Shown here: positions 9,460 through 19,319 of the stretch, piece after piece
Layout of the letters: each line of letters starts with the position of its first letter
Numbering within the stretch: the first letter of the stretch is position 1
Assembly: GCA_000993565.1 (NCBI GenBank)
Contig: LBWK01000001.1
Location: forward strand, 428,208-492,207
From: a candidate division WS6 bacterium GW2011_GWF2_39_15
GTDB lineage: Bacteria > Patescibacteriota > Dojkabacteria > SC72
Direction of reading: 5' to 3'
DNA: 64,000 nt
Made by a program: the position numbers and the translations under genes
The notes under the pieces: model-generated
The model's input: the letters and a program-made list of their open reading frames with translations, nothing else
Database searches by the model: none
Told to the model about the DNA's origin: nothing

Positions 9460-12318
9460 ATGCAGGAATATATAGAAATCAAAAATGCAAAGGTTCACAA
9501 CCTTAAGAATGTTTCCCTCAAGATACCTAAAAATAAAATGGTTGTTATAACAGGAGTATCCGGAAGCGGTAAATCATCCCTTGCTTTCGATACTCTCTAT
9601 GCTGAAGGCCAGAGAAGGTATGTAGAATCCCTTTCCTCATATGCAAGACAGTTCCTCGGGTTGATGGAGAAACCTGATGTAGAATCGATCACAGGGCTCT
9701 CACCGGCTATATCCATTGATCAGAAAACATCAGGTTCAAACCCCAGATCAACAGTGGGAACCGTTACCGAGATATATGATTACATGAGATTGCTTTACGG
9801 ACATATAGGGATACCACACTGTCCGAACTGCGGATCAGAGATTAAAGCGCAAAGCATCCAGGAAATAGTTGAAAATATTAATGAAACGGTTAAATCAAAT
9901 GACAAATTAATAATTGTCTCTCCTATCATCCAGTCCCAGAAAGGCACTTTCAAAGAACTACTTGATTCCCTTCTCTCAAAAGGATTCTTAAGGGTAGTTA
10001 TTGATGGCAAAAACTATAACCTCGATGAAGTCTCCGATCTTAAACTGGATAAAAACAAAAAGCATAATATAGATCTAATCATTGACCGATTTGTGATTAA
10101 AGACACTAACGATACTGACTATATCAGAAGATTAACAGATGCAGTTGAGCTAGGGAGTAATATGAGCAACGGCGAGATCAAAGCCTCCATTAATGAAAAT
10201 CACTTCCTATACTCGGAAAATAATACCTGCAGAGTATGTAAAATCTCTTTCCCTGTTATCAAACCGGCGACATTTTCATTCAACTCCCCACATGGAGCAT
10301 GTATAAAATGCTCCGGACTGGGGATGCTGAAAGAGATTGATATAACCAAGATATATAATCCCAGACTTTCAATAAAAGAAGGCGGGATATTCCCATGGTC
10401 CAATATGACAACAACAGACTCCTGGACACTCAAGGTACTCGAGGCTGTAGCACAGGAGCATAGTTTTGATCTTAAAGCTCCAATAAGTACATACTCACCT
10501 GAGATATTCAATCTCATTTTCTACGGTAAAGGAGCAAAACAGAAATATACTCTTTCATATGTAAATAGGAATGGTTACAGGAGAATCTATGATTCAAAAT
10601 ATGAGGGAGTTGTATCACAGCTTGAACGAAGATATTTTGAAACAGATTCTGAGTATATTAGAGACGAAATTAGCAAATATATGGTTGAAAAAGAGTGTTC
10701 CGAATGTAACGGCAGAAGGCTTCAGCCCTATGCTTTAGCAGTTACAATTGGTGCTAAAAACATTCATGACCTCACTTCAAAACAGATTTCAGACCTCATT
10801 TCTTTCTTCAAAGAATTGAAACTTTCCGGCAATGCTAAAGAAATTGCACAACCGATTGTAAAAGAGATATTAGTTCGCTTAACGTTTCTTTTTGACGTAG
10901 GTTTAAGCTACCTTACATTATCACGTAAAGCAAATACTCTTTCGGGAGGAGAATCTCAAAGAATCAGGCTCGCATCGCAAATTGGCACTGGCTTAACAGG
11001 AGTGCTATATGTGCTTGATGAGCCCTCTATCGGACTACATTCTCGGGATGTTGATAAGTTGATCAGATCACTTGAAAGGCTAAGAGATCTGGGTAATAGT
11101 GTGGTCGTTGTAGAACATGATTACGACACAATTTCACGAGCAGACTGGTTGGTAGACGTAGGTCCGGAAGCCGGTAATAACGGTGGCTATATAGTCGCAG
11201 AGGGAACGATAAACGATATTAGGCAGACCGACACATTGACTGCCAGGTACCTCAACCAATCCCTTGTAGTAGGGCAATCCCTTAATACACAGGCGGGCTT
11301 AATAGAAACTAACTCCCTTATCAAAGTCTCTGGGGTCAGGACCCATAATCTTAAAGACGTCTCAGTAGAAATTCCTCTCGGAAAGTTTGTAACTATCACT
11401 GGAGTATCAGGTAGCGGGAAATCTTCCTTAGTAAATGATACTCTCGTACCAATTCTTTTGAAATACGTTGGACAGGAGGCATCAACAGAGGGTATGTATG
11501 ATTCAGTAGAAGGACTTGAAAAGGTTGATAAAGTAATAGAAATCGACCAATCCCCTATCGGCAGGACTCCACGGTCTAATACAGCAACATATACCGGAGT
11601 ATTTAACTACATTAGAGATCTGTTTGCACAAACCCCCGAAGCAAGATCACGCGGCTATACATCATCAAGGTTCAGTTTTAATGTAAAAGGCGGAAGGTGC
11701 GAAACCTGCAGGGGGGACGGGCAGATAAAAATAGAGATGCAATTTTTACCTGATATGTATATAACCTGCGAAACATGTAATGGAAGCAGATATAATAGAG
11801 AGGCTCTTCAAATTGATTACAAAGGTAAGACTATCGCCGATGTTTTAAATATGACGGTAGAAGAATCTCTGGAGTTTTTCCAGAACTACACTCCTATCAA
11901 ACGCAAACTCGAAGTGCTGGCAGAGGTGGGACTAGGTTATATCCGACTTGGACAGCCCGCTACTACCCTTTCAGGAGGTGAATCACAGAGAATTAAGCTC
12001 TCCAAGGAACTCTCTAAGGCAACAAGAGGGCATACTATCTACGTTCTTGACGAACCCACTACTGGACTGCATTTTCATGATGTTGATAAGCTTTTGATCT
12101 TACTTAAGAAGCTTGTTGAGAAAGGAAATTCTGTCTTAGTGATTGAGCATAACCTTGATATAATAAGGTATTCCGACTGGATCATTGACCTCGGGCCTGA
12201 AGGAGGAGATAAAGGAGGAGAAATAGTAGGAGTCGGGACAGTTGAGGACATCACTAGTAATCAGAAAAGTTACACGGGACAGTATCTCAAGAAATACCTT
12301 TCGGACAAGAAGGAGTAA
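9460..12318 (+). CDS. uvrA: excinuclease ABC subunit A
   Basis: 952 aa; two ABC modules (GVSGSGKSSLAFDT, LSGGESQRIRLA, GVSGSGKSSLVNDT, LSGGESQRIKLS) and zinc-finger cysteines. Confidence 0.95.
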   Translation: MQEYIEIKNAKVHNLKNVSLKIPKNKMVVITGVSGSGKSSLAFDTLYAEGQRRYVESLSSYARQFLGLMEKPDVESITGLSPAISIDQKTSGSNPRSTVGTVTEIYDYMRLLYGHIGIPHCPNCGSEIKAQSIQEIVENINETVKSNDKLIIVSPIIQSQKGTFKELLDSLLSKGFLRVVIDGKNYNLDEVSDLKLDKNKKHNIDLIIDRFVIKDTNDTDYIRRLTDAVELGSNMSNGEIKASINENHFLYSENNTCRVCKISFPVIKPATFSFNSPHGACIKCSGLGMLKEIDITKIYNPRLSIKEGGIFPWSNMTTTDSWTLKVLEAVAQEHSFDLKAPISTYSPEIFNLIFYGKGAKQKYTLSYVNRNGYRRIYDSKYEGVVSQLERRYFETDSEYIRDEISKYMVEKECSECNGRRLQPYALAVTIGAKNIHDLTSKQISDLISFFKELKLSGNAKEIAQPIVKEILVRLTFLFDVGLSYLTLSRKANTLSGGESQRIRLASQIGTGLTGVLYVLDEPSIGLHSRDVDKLIRSLERLRDLGNSVVVVEHDYDTISRADWLVDVGPEAGNNGGYIVAEGTINDIRQTDTLTARYLNQSLVVGQSLNTQAGLIETNSLIKVSGVRTHNLKDVSVEIPLGKFVTITGVSGSGKSSLVNDTLVPILLKYVGQEASTEGMYDSVEGLEKVDKVIEIDQSPIGRTPRSNTATYTGVFNYIRDLFAQTPEARSRGYTSSRFSFNVKGGRCETCRGDGQIKIEMQFLPDMYITCETCNGSRYNREALQIDYKGKTIADVLNMTVEESLEFFQNYTPIKRKLEVLAEVGLGYIRLGQPATTLSGGESQRIKLSKELSKATRGHTIYVLDEPTTGLHFHDVDKLLILLKKLVEKGNSVLVIEHNLDIIRYSDWIIDLGPEGGDKGGEIVGVGTVEDITSNQKSYTGQYLKKYLSDKKE

Positions 12319-12367
12319 CTGGAGCCCGAAATACTCCCTAGATTTCAGAGTATATGTTCCACCGATA

Positions 12368-14083
12368 TTACGATATCTTTGCGAGCTCTGTTTTTAGATC
12401 TGCCTTAGAAACAATCTTAGACTCTTTGCTGTTTCTGAGCTTAAACTCGTAGCCCCCATTCTGTAGACTTCTATCACTTATAACCAACCTTACTGGTATA
12501 CCAATTAAATCAGCATCAGAGAACTTTTCACCTGCGGATACATCAGTTCTATCATCCCAAAGGACCTCTATCCCCCCGTCCATCAATTCGTTGTAAAGGG
12601 TTTCAGCCTCCTTAACACCTTCTGAACCCAGTGACACAATATGGACATTATAAGGGGCAATGTTAGCTGGCCACAGTATACCCTTATCGTCATAGAATTT
12701 TTCCGCGATAACACCCATCAATCTACTTGTACCTATTCCATAGCTACCCATATATATTTCTTTCTGCGAGCCGTCAGCATCAGTAAAGTAATAACCGACT
12801 GCCTTAGTAAACTTTGTATTCAATGGGAAAATGTTCCCAACTTCTGAAGCTTTAAAGACATCGTACTCCTCTTTTGTCTCAGGATATAGGTCTCCCAATT
12901 TAGCCACTTTTATATCATAAAACATATTCGGTTTCTCGAGATCCCTCCCCCAGTTTACATTTGCTAGATGATAGTGAGTTTTGTTTCCCCCGGTTTCAAA
13001 ATTCACTAATGGTTCAACTGATTCATCAATATAAACCATAACATCCTTAGGTAGATTTACTATACCTGCATATCCGATTTCAGCTCCTGTAACTTTTTTA
13101 ACTGTTTCTTCTGTTGCAAGTTGTAACTGTTTAACACCTGCAACCTTCATGAGTTTAAGTTCGTTAACATCGTAATCACCTCTTACCGAGGCAACAAGAA
13201 CACCCTTCTCAGACTCAAAAATAAGAGTTTTTGTCGTTTGGTAAGGTTTAATACCCATAAACTGACAAAGATCCTCAACTCCTATAATCCCTTCACCAAA
13301 AACATCCTTAAACTCTTTCATCTCTTTGTCTTGCTCGTAAGCTTTTGATAATGAAGGGGCAATCTCCTTGTTAAAACACAAACCATTACTTTTAACCCTA
13401 AATACTACATCCTCACCTGTTTCAAGCTTTGTCTGAAACTCATGTGAAAAATCTTCCGTAAAATCTCCTCCGGATGCGGCTGTATAGTAAGTATCATCAC
13501 CTATGCCGAGTCTTTTATATACTTTCATGTAAGCCTCCCTGGCAACCTCATAAAATCTCTTAAGGTCTTCAACGTCCTTATGGAAGGAATAAAGATCTTT
13601 CATCCTAAACTCTCTGGTTCTCAATAACCCTGTTTTAGGACGTACCTCATTTCTGAACTTAGATTGGATCTGATACACTGCAAAAGGTAGATCTTTATAG
13701 CTTAAGTTGAATTTTTTAGCAGTCGGAGCGATTATATCTTCATGAGTAGGATTAAGCACATATTCAGCACTATTTCTCTCAAGTGAAATCTTATTAGCCC
13801 CAACCACCTTAAAAAGAACATCAATAGTGTCAAATCTACCAGTCTGTTTCCAATACTCTGTTGGAACAATTGCAGGCATTAACAATTCTACCCCTATTTT
13901 ATCCATTTCTTCTCTTACAATCTGCTCTATTTTTTGAAGTACCCTCAATCCAAGTGGTAAAAAGGTATATCCACCTGCCATCACTTGATCTATAAAAGCA
14001 CCTCTAAACAAATACTCTACGCTTTTAGATTCATATACTTTTCCTGCTTTACTAGTCTTTCCAAATAACTTTGTATATTTCAT
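12368..14083 (-). CDS. proS: prolyl-tRNA synthetase (bacterial type with insertion domain)
   Basis: 571 aa; class II motifs, N-terminus resembles ProRS (FRGAFIDQVMAGGYTFLPLGLRVLQKIEQIVREEM). Confidence 0.85.
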   Translation of the reverse strand: MKYTKLFGKTSKAGKVYESKSVEYLFRGAFIDQVMAGGYTFLPLGLRVLQKIEQIVREEMDKIGVELLMPAIVPTEYWKQTGRFDTIDVLFKVVGANKISLERNSAEYVLNPTHEDIIAPTAKKFNLSYKDLPFAVYQIQSKFRNEVRPKTGLLRTREFRMKDLYSFHKDVEDLKRFYEVAREAYMKVYKRLGIGDDTYYTAASGGDFTEDFSHEFQTKLETGEDVVFRVKSNGLCFNKEIAPSLSKAYEQDKEMKEFKDVFGEGIIGVEDLCQFMGIKPYQTTKTLIFESEKGVLVASVRGDYDVNELKLMKVAGVKQLQLATEETVKKVTGAEIGYAGIVNLPKDVMVYIDESVEPLVNFETGGNKTHYHLANVNWGRDLEKPNMFYDIKVAKLGDLYPETKEEYDVFKASEVGNIFPLNTKFTKAVGYYFTDADGSQKEIYMGSYGIGTSRLMGVIAEKFYDDKGILWPANIAPYNVHIVSLGSEGVKEAETLYNELMDGGIEVLWDDRTDVSAGEKFSDADLIGIPVRLVISDRSLQNGGYEFKLRNSKESKIVSKADLKTELAKIS

Positions 14084-14104
14084 TCCTATATATTATCTAT
14101 TAAG

Positions 14105-14392
14105 TTATATAAAAGCAAAACGCCCTTACAAAAGAATAGTTAAATACACACTATCCTTTTGCAAAGGCGTAAGTAAACGCTGTACCACTTTGCTTTTTCT
14201 AGTTATGTCACCATAACTATATTATTTACTGACTAATATCAGTATATCTGTATATTGCACTCTACAGACCTAGAGAGAGGTTATGAGCAATGAGTCTTTC
14301 CCTCTTCACTCCCCATTGGGATGGATCATAGTGATTGGTTGATTATAACTAGAATAGAGAGATGTGGCAAGCAAAATCTCCCTCTAATTATA
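14105..14392 (-). promoter_or_regulatory. T-box riboswitch leader of proS
   Basis: Minus strand: TATAAT (rc 14386-14391); antiterminator helix A1 GCAAAG/CUUUGC enclosing 7-nt bulge UGGUACA and A2 helix GCGU-UUACUU-ACGC (motif GUGGUACAGCG, 10/11 to T-box core); alternative terminator ACGCCUUUGCAAAAGG...CUUUUGUAAGGGCGU followed by UUUUGCUUUU (14111-14170); UGGU fits discriminator A of tRNA-Pro. Confidence 0.55.
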
Positions 14393-14466
14393 GGATAAAC
14401 AACAAGGTTGTTCATTTCAATATAAATTAGTTGTATTATAAGCCATTCATTTAAAAACGAATCATT

Positions 14467-14745
14467 ATGAATTTTTTTAAAATATTTAGCGGCACCCAAG
14501 AGAAACCTACACGGGAATTCTATCCTGAAGAACTCATTGGTGAGTATATTAACCCTCAAGGAGTAAAAATGAGCGTCGGATGCAGTGTTAATTTCCAGGA
14601 TAATGAAGGAAGGAGCCGTACAGGTATAATTAAAGCTTTTGTAATAGAGAAAAACCTCAAAATACCGTTTTTCCGTACTACAGATAGACCTGAAGAAATC
14701 GAATGGTTTTCTTCAGATTCTGTGTTCTTCAACAACTCGTACTAA
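14467..14745 (+). CDS. small hypothetical protein (92 aa)
   Basis: ORF only; plus-strand between proS leader and PAP2 gene. Confidence 0.25.
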   Translation: MNFFKIFSGTQEKPTREFYPEELIGEYINPQGVKMSVGCSVNFQDNEGRSRTGIIKAFVIEKNLKIPFFRTTDRPEEIEWFSSDSVFFNNSY

Positions 14746-15365
14746 TAATTCTTTTTGAAAGGAAGAATTCTCAACCAATATCCTATAAAGCCGACGGTAA
14801 TTAATGCCCCATAGACATCTATAAGGTAGTGGGATCTTCCAACCATAATAAGAACAATCACCACAAACGAAAGAAGAAAGGCAATTCTCCCTACCCTCTT
14901 ATCCATATCATATATAAACAATGAAAGCATTGTTACAAATGCCGTGTGTCCTGAAAAGAAAAACCCGTTGTTATCCAGTATTAAAGCATTAACTACATTC
15001 GGTATACGATTTTCATAGATGCTCCATGAGTGACCGACCGGATTCATCATTATAGTAAGGGCTCTTAAGAAGTAGACTATTGCTAACATAAGGAAATACT
15101 TATCAAACTTCTTAAACTTATTTTTATATCCCAAATATAGAAAGGCACCAATGAAAACTAGCTGTAGCAGATCATTAATTAAATGAGTCTGGTTCCAATA
15201 TGGCAGTATCTCAAAACTTATATCAGGAATAACAACACGGTCTGGAAAAAGCATGGGGAGCAACACATTACCAAAGTAGACATTAAGAGTTGCCGCAAGA
15301 ATATAGAGAAGAAGTGCTCCTGTTAAAGAATGCCTCCGAAGGAGTAAATAAAGTCTCTTTCTCAT
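14742..15365 (-). CDS. PAP2-superfamily membrane phosphatase (possible undecaprenyl-diphosphatase/BcrC-like)
   Basis: 207 aa, multiple TM segments; FFFSGHTAF (PSGH) and GRSHYLIDV (H..D) acid-phosphatase motifs. Confidence 0.5.
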   Translation of the reverse strand: MRKRLYLLLRRHSLTGALLLYILAATLNVYFGNVLLPMLFPDRVVIPDISFEILPYWNQTHLINDLLQLVFIGAFLYLGYKNKFKKFDKYFLMLAIVYFLRALTIMMNPVGHSWSIYENRIPNVVNALILDNNGFFFSGHTAFVTMLSLFIYDMDKRVGRIAFLLSFVVIVLIMVGRSHYLIDVYGALITVGFIGYWLRILPFKKNY

Positions 15366-15419
15366 TTAGAACAAATAATAACAAAATCCCAACCCTAAAT
15401 TATATATTGAATATACACA

Positions 15420-16178
15420 TCATACAAAAACGAAATCCTTCGTTGGGTCTTCAGGGTAAACTCTTTTAGAAACAGTCTCTACTATTTGACGGTATCCCTC
15501 AACACCAAGTTTTATATCTTTGAGTTCTATTTCAGGAAGAAGTTTCGGTATTGCACAAAACTTTGCTCTGTAGGCATTTAAAAACGGCATACATGTTGTA
15601 GAGTAAGGATAAGGCTGTCCCTCATAATCAATTTGACCACAAGTAATGATCATACCAATTTCGTTTTTTGAGAACATTAGAGAAGTTAAGTCCTCATAGG
15701 TAGGGACTCGATTATTTTTAATTAGTAGTCTCTTTAATATCCCTTCTAGTTCTTTCTGCCCTGAATAACAGAAGAGCAAGTTCAAAATCTTTTTATTTCC
15801 TCGTCTACAGGAAGTTTCCGAAAGGACTTCTCTATAATCGTTTCGATAATTGAATAAATTTTCATGCTGACCAAAAACATTAATTGTAACTTCCGATTTC
15901 TCCAAATCTCTATCTTTTGCAAAATTCGGTAAACCTAAAACCCCGGCATCAAAAAAATCGTCAATTGCAAGCCTCTTAGTTGTACCTGCAAAGTTATAGT
16001 AATAAAGAGCGGCAACAGAAACTTCCTGAATATTTAAATCTAAAAGTAAGTATTTTGAGAACTCTAATATTTTGCTGAAATATATATCGTACGACTCTCT
16101 ATAAGATATTTTATTCTTTATTGCATATCTTCTATTTCCATCGGGTAATAGAAGAACATGTTTTAAATCAATAATCAT
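15420..16178 (-). CDS. cis-prenyltransferase (UppS-like), divergent
   Basis: 252 aa; HVLLLPDGNRRYA resembles UPP synthase DGNRRWA motif. Confidence 0.45.
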   Translation of the reverse strand: MIIDLKHVLLLPDGNRRYAIKNKISYRESYDIYFSKILEFSKYLLLDLNIQEVSVAALYYYNFAGTTKRLAIDDFFDAGVLGLPNFAKDRDLEKSEVTINVFGQHENLFNYRNDYREVLSETSCRRGNKKILNLLFCYSGQKELEGILKRLLIKNNRVPTYEDLTSLMFSKNEIGMIITCGQIDYEGQPYPYSTTCMPFLNAYRAKFCAIPKLLPEIELKDIKLGVEGYRQIVETVSKRVYPEDPTKDFVFV

Positions 16179-16250
16179 AATCGGTAGGTTCTATCGTAGC
16201 ATCAAGTTTTGTATTCTTACAGAAAGACTTATAAATGTAAAGAGGGAATA

Positions 16251-16324
16251 TCGGGGTGACTCGACTCGAACGAGCGACCTCTACGTCCCGAACGTAGCGT
16301 TCTAGCCATCTGAACTACACCCCG
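16251..16324 (-). tRNA. tRNA-Pro (anticodon CGG)
   Basis: Acceptor CGGGGTG/CACCCCG, anticodon stem CTACG/CGTAG loop TTCGGGA, T-loop TTCGAGT, discriminator A. Confidence 0.8.
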
Positions 16325-16381
16325 ACTGGATAATTATACTCTATAATTAAGGAGTATATAATAATTGAATACGTTCTAATG

Positions 16382-18970
16382 CTACATCTTGTCTATACTT
16401 TCTATTCCCAGCAGGTTCAATCCGCTCTTGAGTACAGTTGTAACAGCTTCCACAAGAACCAATCTTGCCTCTTTTTCCTCTGCTCTATCAGCATTTAATA
16501 CCTGATATTTTGAATAAAAGTTATTAAAGAGATTTGCGAGCTCAAAAACATACGTACATATTAAATGCGAAGCAAAATTTGTCTGAGCACTAAGTACAAC
16601 CTTCGGAAACTCTATAAGCTTTTTAATTATAGCCTGCTCTTCAGGACTTTCTAATACACTCCCTTTTAATTCCTTCGAGTATTCCCCTGCCTTCTTTAAA
16701 ATAGAATTGGCTCTTGCGTATGTATAAAGGATATATGGACCGGAATACCCACTCATATTAAGAAAGGTGTCTGGATTATAGTTAACATCCTTATGGAACT
16801 CATGAGACAGTATGCCGAATTTCAAAGCTGCAATAGCAACTTTTTTAGCTATAGAATTGGTATCCTCCTCGCTAAATTCCTCCTTATCTTTAATCCTCTC
16901 TTTGGATACAGCTATCAGCTCGTTAAGCATATCTTCGTAAGAAAAGCTCTTTCCCATTCTGGCAGAGGTCTTCTTCCCCTCGAATAACAGCCAGCCGAAA
17001 CCGATATGCGTATACCTGCCTTTGAACTTTGGATCGATAAGTTCCAAGGCTTTGATCATATTCTTAAAATAATCAACCTGCTCTACTGAAGTAGTAATGA
17101 TAGAAAGGTACAGATCCGGGTACTCTTCAAACTTTTTAAAAGCCAGTCCAAGATCTTTTGCACCATATGTAGGAGCCCCGTCAGAAGTGATAAAGGCAAA
17201 CTTCTTTAATCCGTATTCTTCAGCATCGAATATTACAGCCCCTTTATCCTCTTTAAACACTTTTCCAATGTTTTCTTTCACTAGTTTAATCCCTTTCTCC
17301 ATATTTTCGCTTTCCGGATATTGCCTGTCATATACCACACCAAGCTCTGCAAATACATGATCCTGATACTGGATACTCAAGTCTCTGGTATATTGATAAA
17401 GCTCATTAATCCGGTCATTTTCCTTGCTGTACAAAAGCTTATTGATTTTTCTAACCTCTTCCTCCACTTCTTTATCCTTATCCATACTTAGATTTCCGAA
17501 GACATAACAATCGCTGAAGAACTTCGCAACCTTCTTTATCCCTTCTTTTTCCTTAATTTCATCTAAATAATCCTTTACCATCTCCATATCTTTATCACCA
17601 AGCTCAAAGATCTTGCTCTCTGGACTTACCTTCATAATTACACCCCATAATGCTTTGGCGATCATTAACCCTACATCACCAAAGTAGTTGGCCTTAATTA
17701 CTTCATAGCCTGAATATTCAAAAAGCCTTGTAAGCGAGAGACCTGTAATACCACTTTTGATATGCCCCATTGTAAGCTCCTTATGTGTATTTGGCTGTCC
17801 GAACTCAATCATCACTTTCTTACCGTCCCCAGTTTGATTCTTTCCCCAACTCTCATCCACACTTAGTAACTGACCCTTAATTGAATTCTTATTTACATAC
17901 ATATTAACAAACCCCGGCATAACAGATTCAGCCTTAACTACAATCCCTCCAAGCTTCCCAGCAATCCCTTTTGCTACCTCAATAGGAGATTTTCCTAATT
18001 TTCCTGCTACCCGCATTGCTACAGTACTTGTATAATCTCCATACTTCTTATCTTTAACCGGTGAGACATCAATTAAGTGCGCCTCAAGAGATTTATTAAG
18101 AGAGATATAAAGCTGATTTTGAATCTCACTTTCTATACAATCTGCTTCGTATATAAATTGTTTATCCTTTTTTCCCTCATTACTCTTTGATGATTTCTCC
18201 TTGGAACTATTGCCAACCTTAGGTCTCACGACCCCTTCTATATCTCTAGTCTTATAGTCTACTTCTACAAACTCATGCTCTTTATCCAGAACGATAACTT
18301 CTCCTTCTCCGCCGAAATGTGATGTGATGAAAGCAACAAACTCATTAGCCGCTTTGATAATATTCTTTTCATTGATCCCTTTAAACCCGTCCATTATAAA
18401 ATAGCCATCTTGGGAATCCTCTGTAAGCTTAGTCCTTTCACATTGTCTCCAGTTAAGAGAAAGTGTTGATACATCATAATCATCTTCCCAGATTAGATCT
18501 CCTTGTTTTGGTGATTTTCCCTTCTCTTCCCCAATTCCTAGCCAATGTTCATCTCCTTTAGCCAATTTCAAAACAAAATCCCCGTACACAGTACTTAGAT
18601 CCTCTCCTCCGAAAGGAGTTATGTAGTTAATGCTAAATGAGTTATATAGATCAACAATCGGGTTGATTCTTGGGAGATTACCTCCTTCTATTACTCTAGA
18701 TGCTAATGCGAAGTGGGTAGGTTTAACCTTTTTAGGATTTGCACCAAATTTTCTAAATGCTTCAAAATATACTTTTATATACTCGTTATTTTCAATATCC
18801 TCTTTGCTCTTGAATCTTTCCAAGAAGTCTTTTTGGGAGGCCTCTTTAAACATTGAGACCAATTTTTCATTCTCACTGTTCCAATGATTACTGAAATCCC
18901 TAATTACAGGAATAGCGATGAAAATATTAGGGAATTTTTCAAAAACCTCTCTCTCTATCTTAAACTTCAT
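16382..18970 (-). CDS. argS: arginyl-tRNA synthetase fused to N-terminal B3/4 (PheT-like) domain
   Basis: 862 aa; residues ~80-130 (LPRINPIVDLYNSFSINYITPFGGEDL) resemble B3/4 tRNA-binding/editing domain; ArgRS N-domain (YGDYTSTVAMRVAGKLGKSPIEVAK), HIGH-like QPNTHKELTMGH, DALR-type C-terminus. Confidence 0.75.
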   Translation of the reverse strand: MKFKIEREVFEKFPNIFIAIPVIRDFSNHWNSENEKLVSMFKEASQKDFLERFKSKEDIENNEYIKVYFEAFRKFGANPKKVKPTHFALASRVIEGGNLPRINPIVDLYNSFSINYITPFGGEDLSTVYGDFVLKLAKGDEHWLGIGEEKGKSPKQGDLIWEDDYDVSTLSLNWRQCERTKLTEDSQDGYFIMDGFKGINEKNIIKAANEFVAFITSHFGGEGEVIVLDKEHEFVEVDYKTRDIEGVVRPKVGNSSKEKSSKSNEGKKDKQFIYEADCIESEIQNQLYISLNKSLEAHLIDVSPVKDKKYGDYTSTVAMRVAGKLGKSPIEVAKGIAGKLGGIVVKAESVMPGFVNMYVNKNSIKGQLLSVDESWGKNQTGDGKKVMIEFGQPNTHKELTMGHIKSGITGLSLTRLFEYSGYEVIKANYFGDVGLMIAKALWGVIMKVSPESKIFELGDKDMEMVKDYLDEIKEKEGIKKVAKFFSDCYVFGNLSMDKDKEVEEEVRKINKLLYSKENDRINELYQYTRDLSIQYQDHVFAELGVVYDRQYPESENMEKGIKLVKENIGKVFKEDKGAVIFDAEEYGLKKFAFITSDGAPTYGAKDLGLAFKKFEEYPDLYLSIITTSVEQVDYFKNMIKALELIDPKFKGRYTHIGFGWLLFEGKKTSARMGKSFSYEDMLNELIAVSKERIKDKEEFSEEDTNSIAKKVAIAALKFGILSHEFHKDVNYNPDTFLNMSGYSGPYILYTYARANSILKKAGEYSKELKGSVLESPEEQAIIKKLIEFPKVVLSAQTNFASHLICTYVFELANLFNNFYSKYQVLNADRAEEKEARLVLVEAVTTVLKSGLNLLGIESIDKM

Positions 18971-18993
18971 TGTTATACCTGTTTAATTAGATG

Positions 18994-19067
18994 CGCGCCC
19001 GGAAGGAGTCGAACCCACAACCCCTAGTTCCGAAGACTAGTGCTCTATCCAGTTGAGCTACGGGCGC
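18994..19067 (-). tRNA. tRNA-Arg (anticodon TCG)
   Basis: Acceptor GCGCCCG/CGGGCGC, anticodon stem CTAGT/ACTAG loop CTTCGGA; T-stem has one T-T mismatch. Confidence 0.7.
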
Positions 19068-19085
19068 ATCCCGCTACTTGTAGTT

Positions 19086-19162
19086 TGGCGTACCTGAACG
19101 GAATCGAACCGTTAACCTTTGGTTCCGCAAACCAATGCTCTATCCAATTGAGCTACAGGTAC
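19086..19162 (-). tRNA. tRNA-Arg (anticodon GCG), CCA encoded
   Basis: Acceptor GTACCTG/CAGGTAC, anticodon stem TTGGT/ACCAA loop TTGCGGA, T-arm AACGG-TTCGATT-CCGTT. Confidence 0.7.
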
Positions 19163-19225
19163 ATAATAGAGAAGAATGGGATATTTGTTAAATTGCACTG
19201 CCGCCTGCTATATGACAAAGCTAGA

Positions 19226-19301
19226 TGGCGTGCCCGGCCGGAGTCGAACCGACAACCTACTACTTAGAAGGCAGTTGCTCTTCCAGTTGAGCTACGGGCA
19301 C
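19226..19301 (-). tRNA. tRNA-Arg (anticodon TCT), CCA encoded
   Basis: Acceptor GTGCCCG/CGGGCAC, anticodon loop CTTCTAA, T-arm GTCGG-TTCGACT-CCGGC. Confidence 0.75.
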
Positions 19302-19319
19302 ACGACCCACGTATTATAT

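Noticed and set aside
19040-19267. 75-aa plus-strand ORF
   Set aside because: It overlaps three tRNA-Arg genes on the opposite strand.
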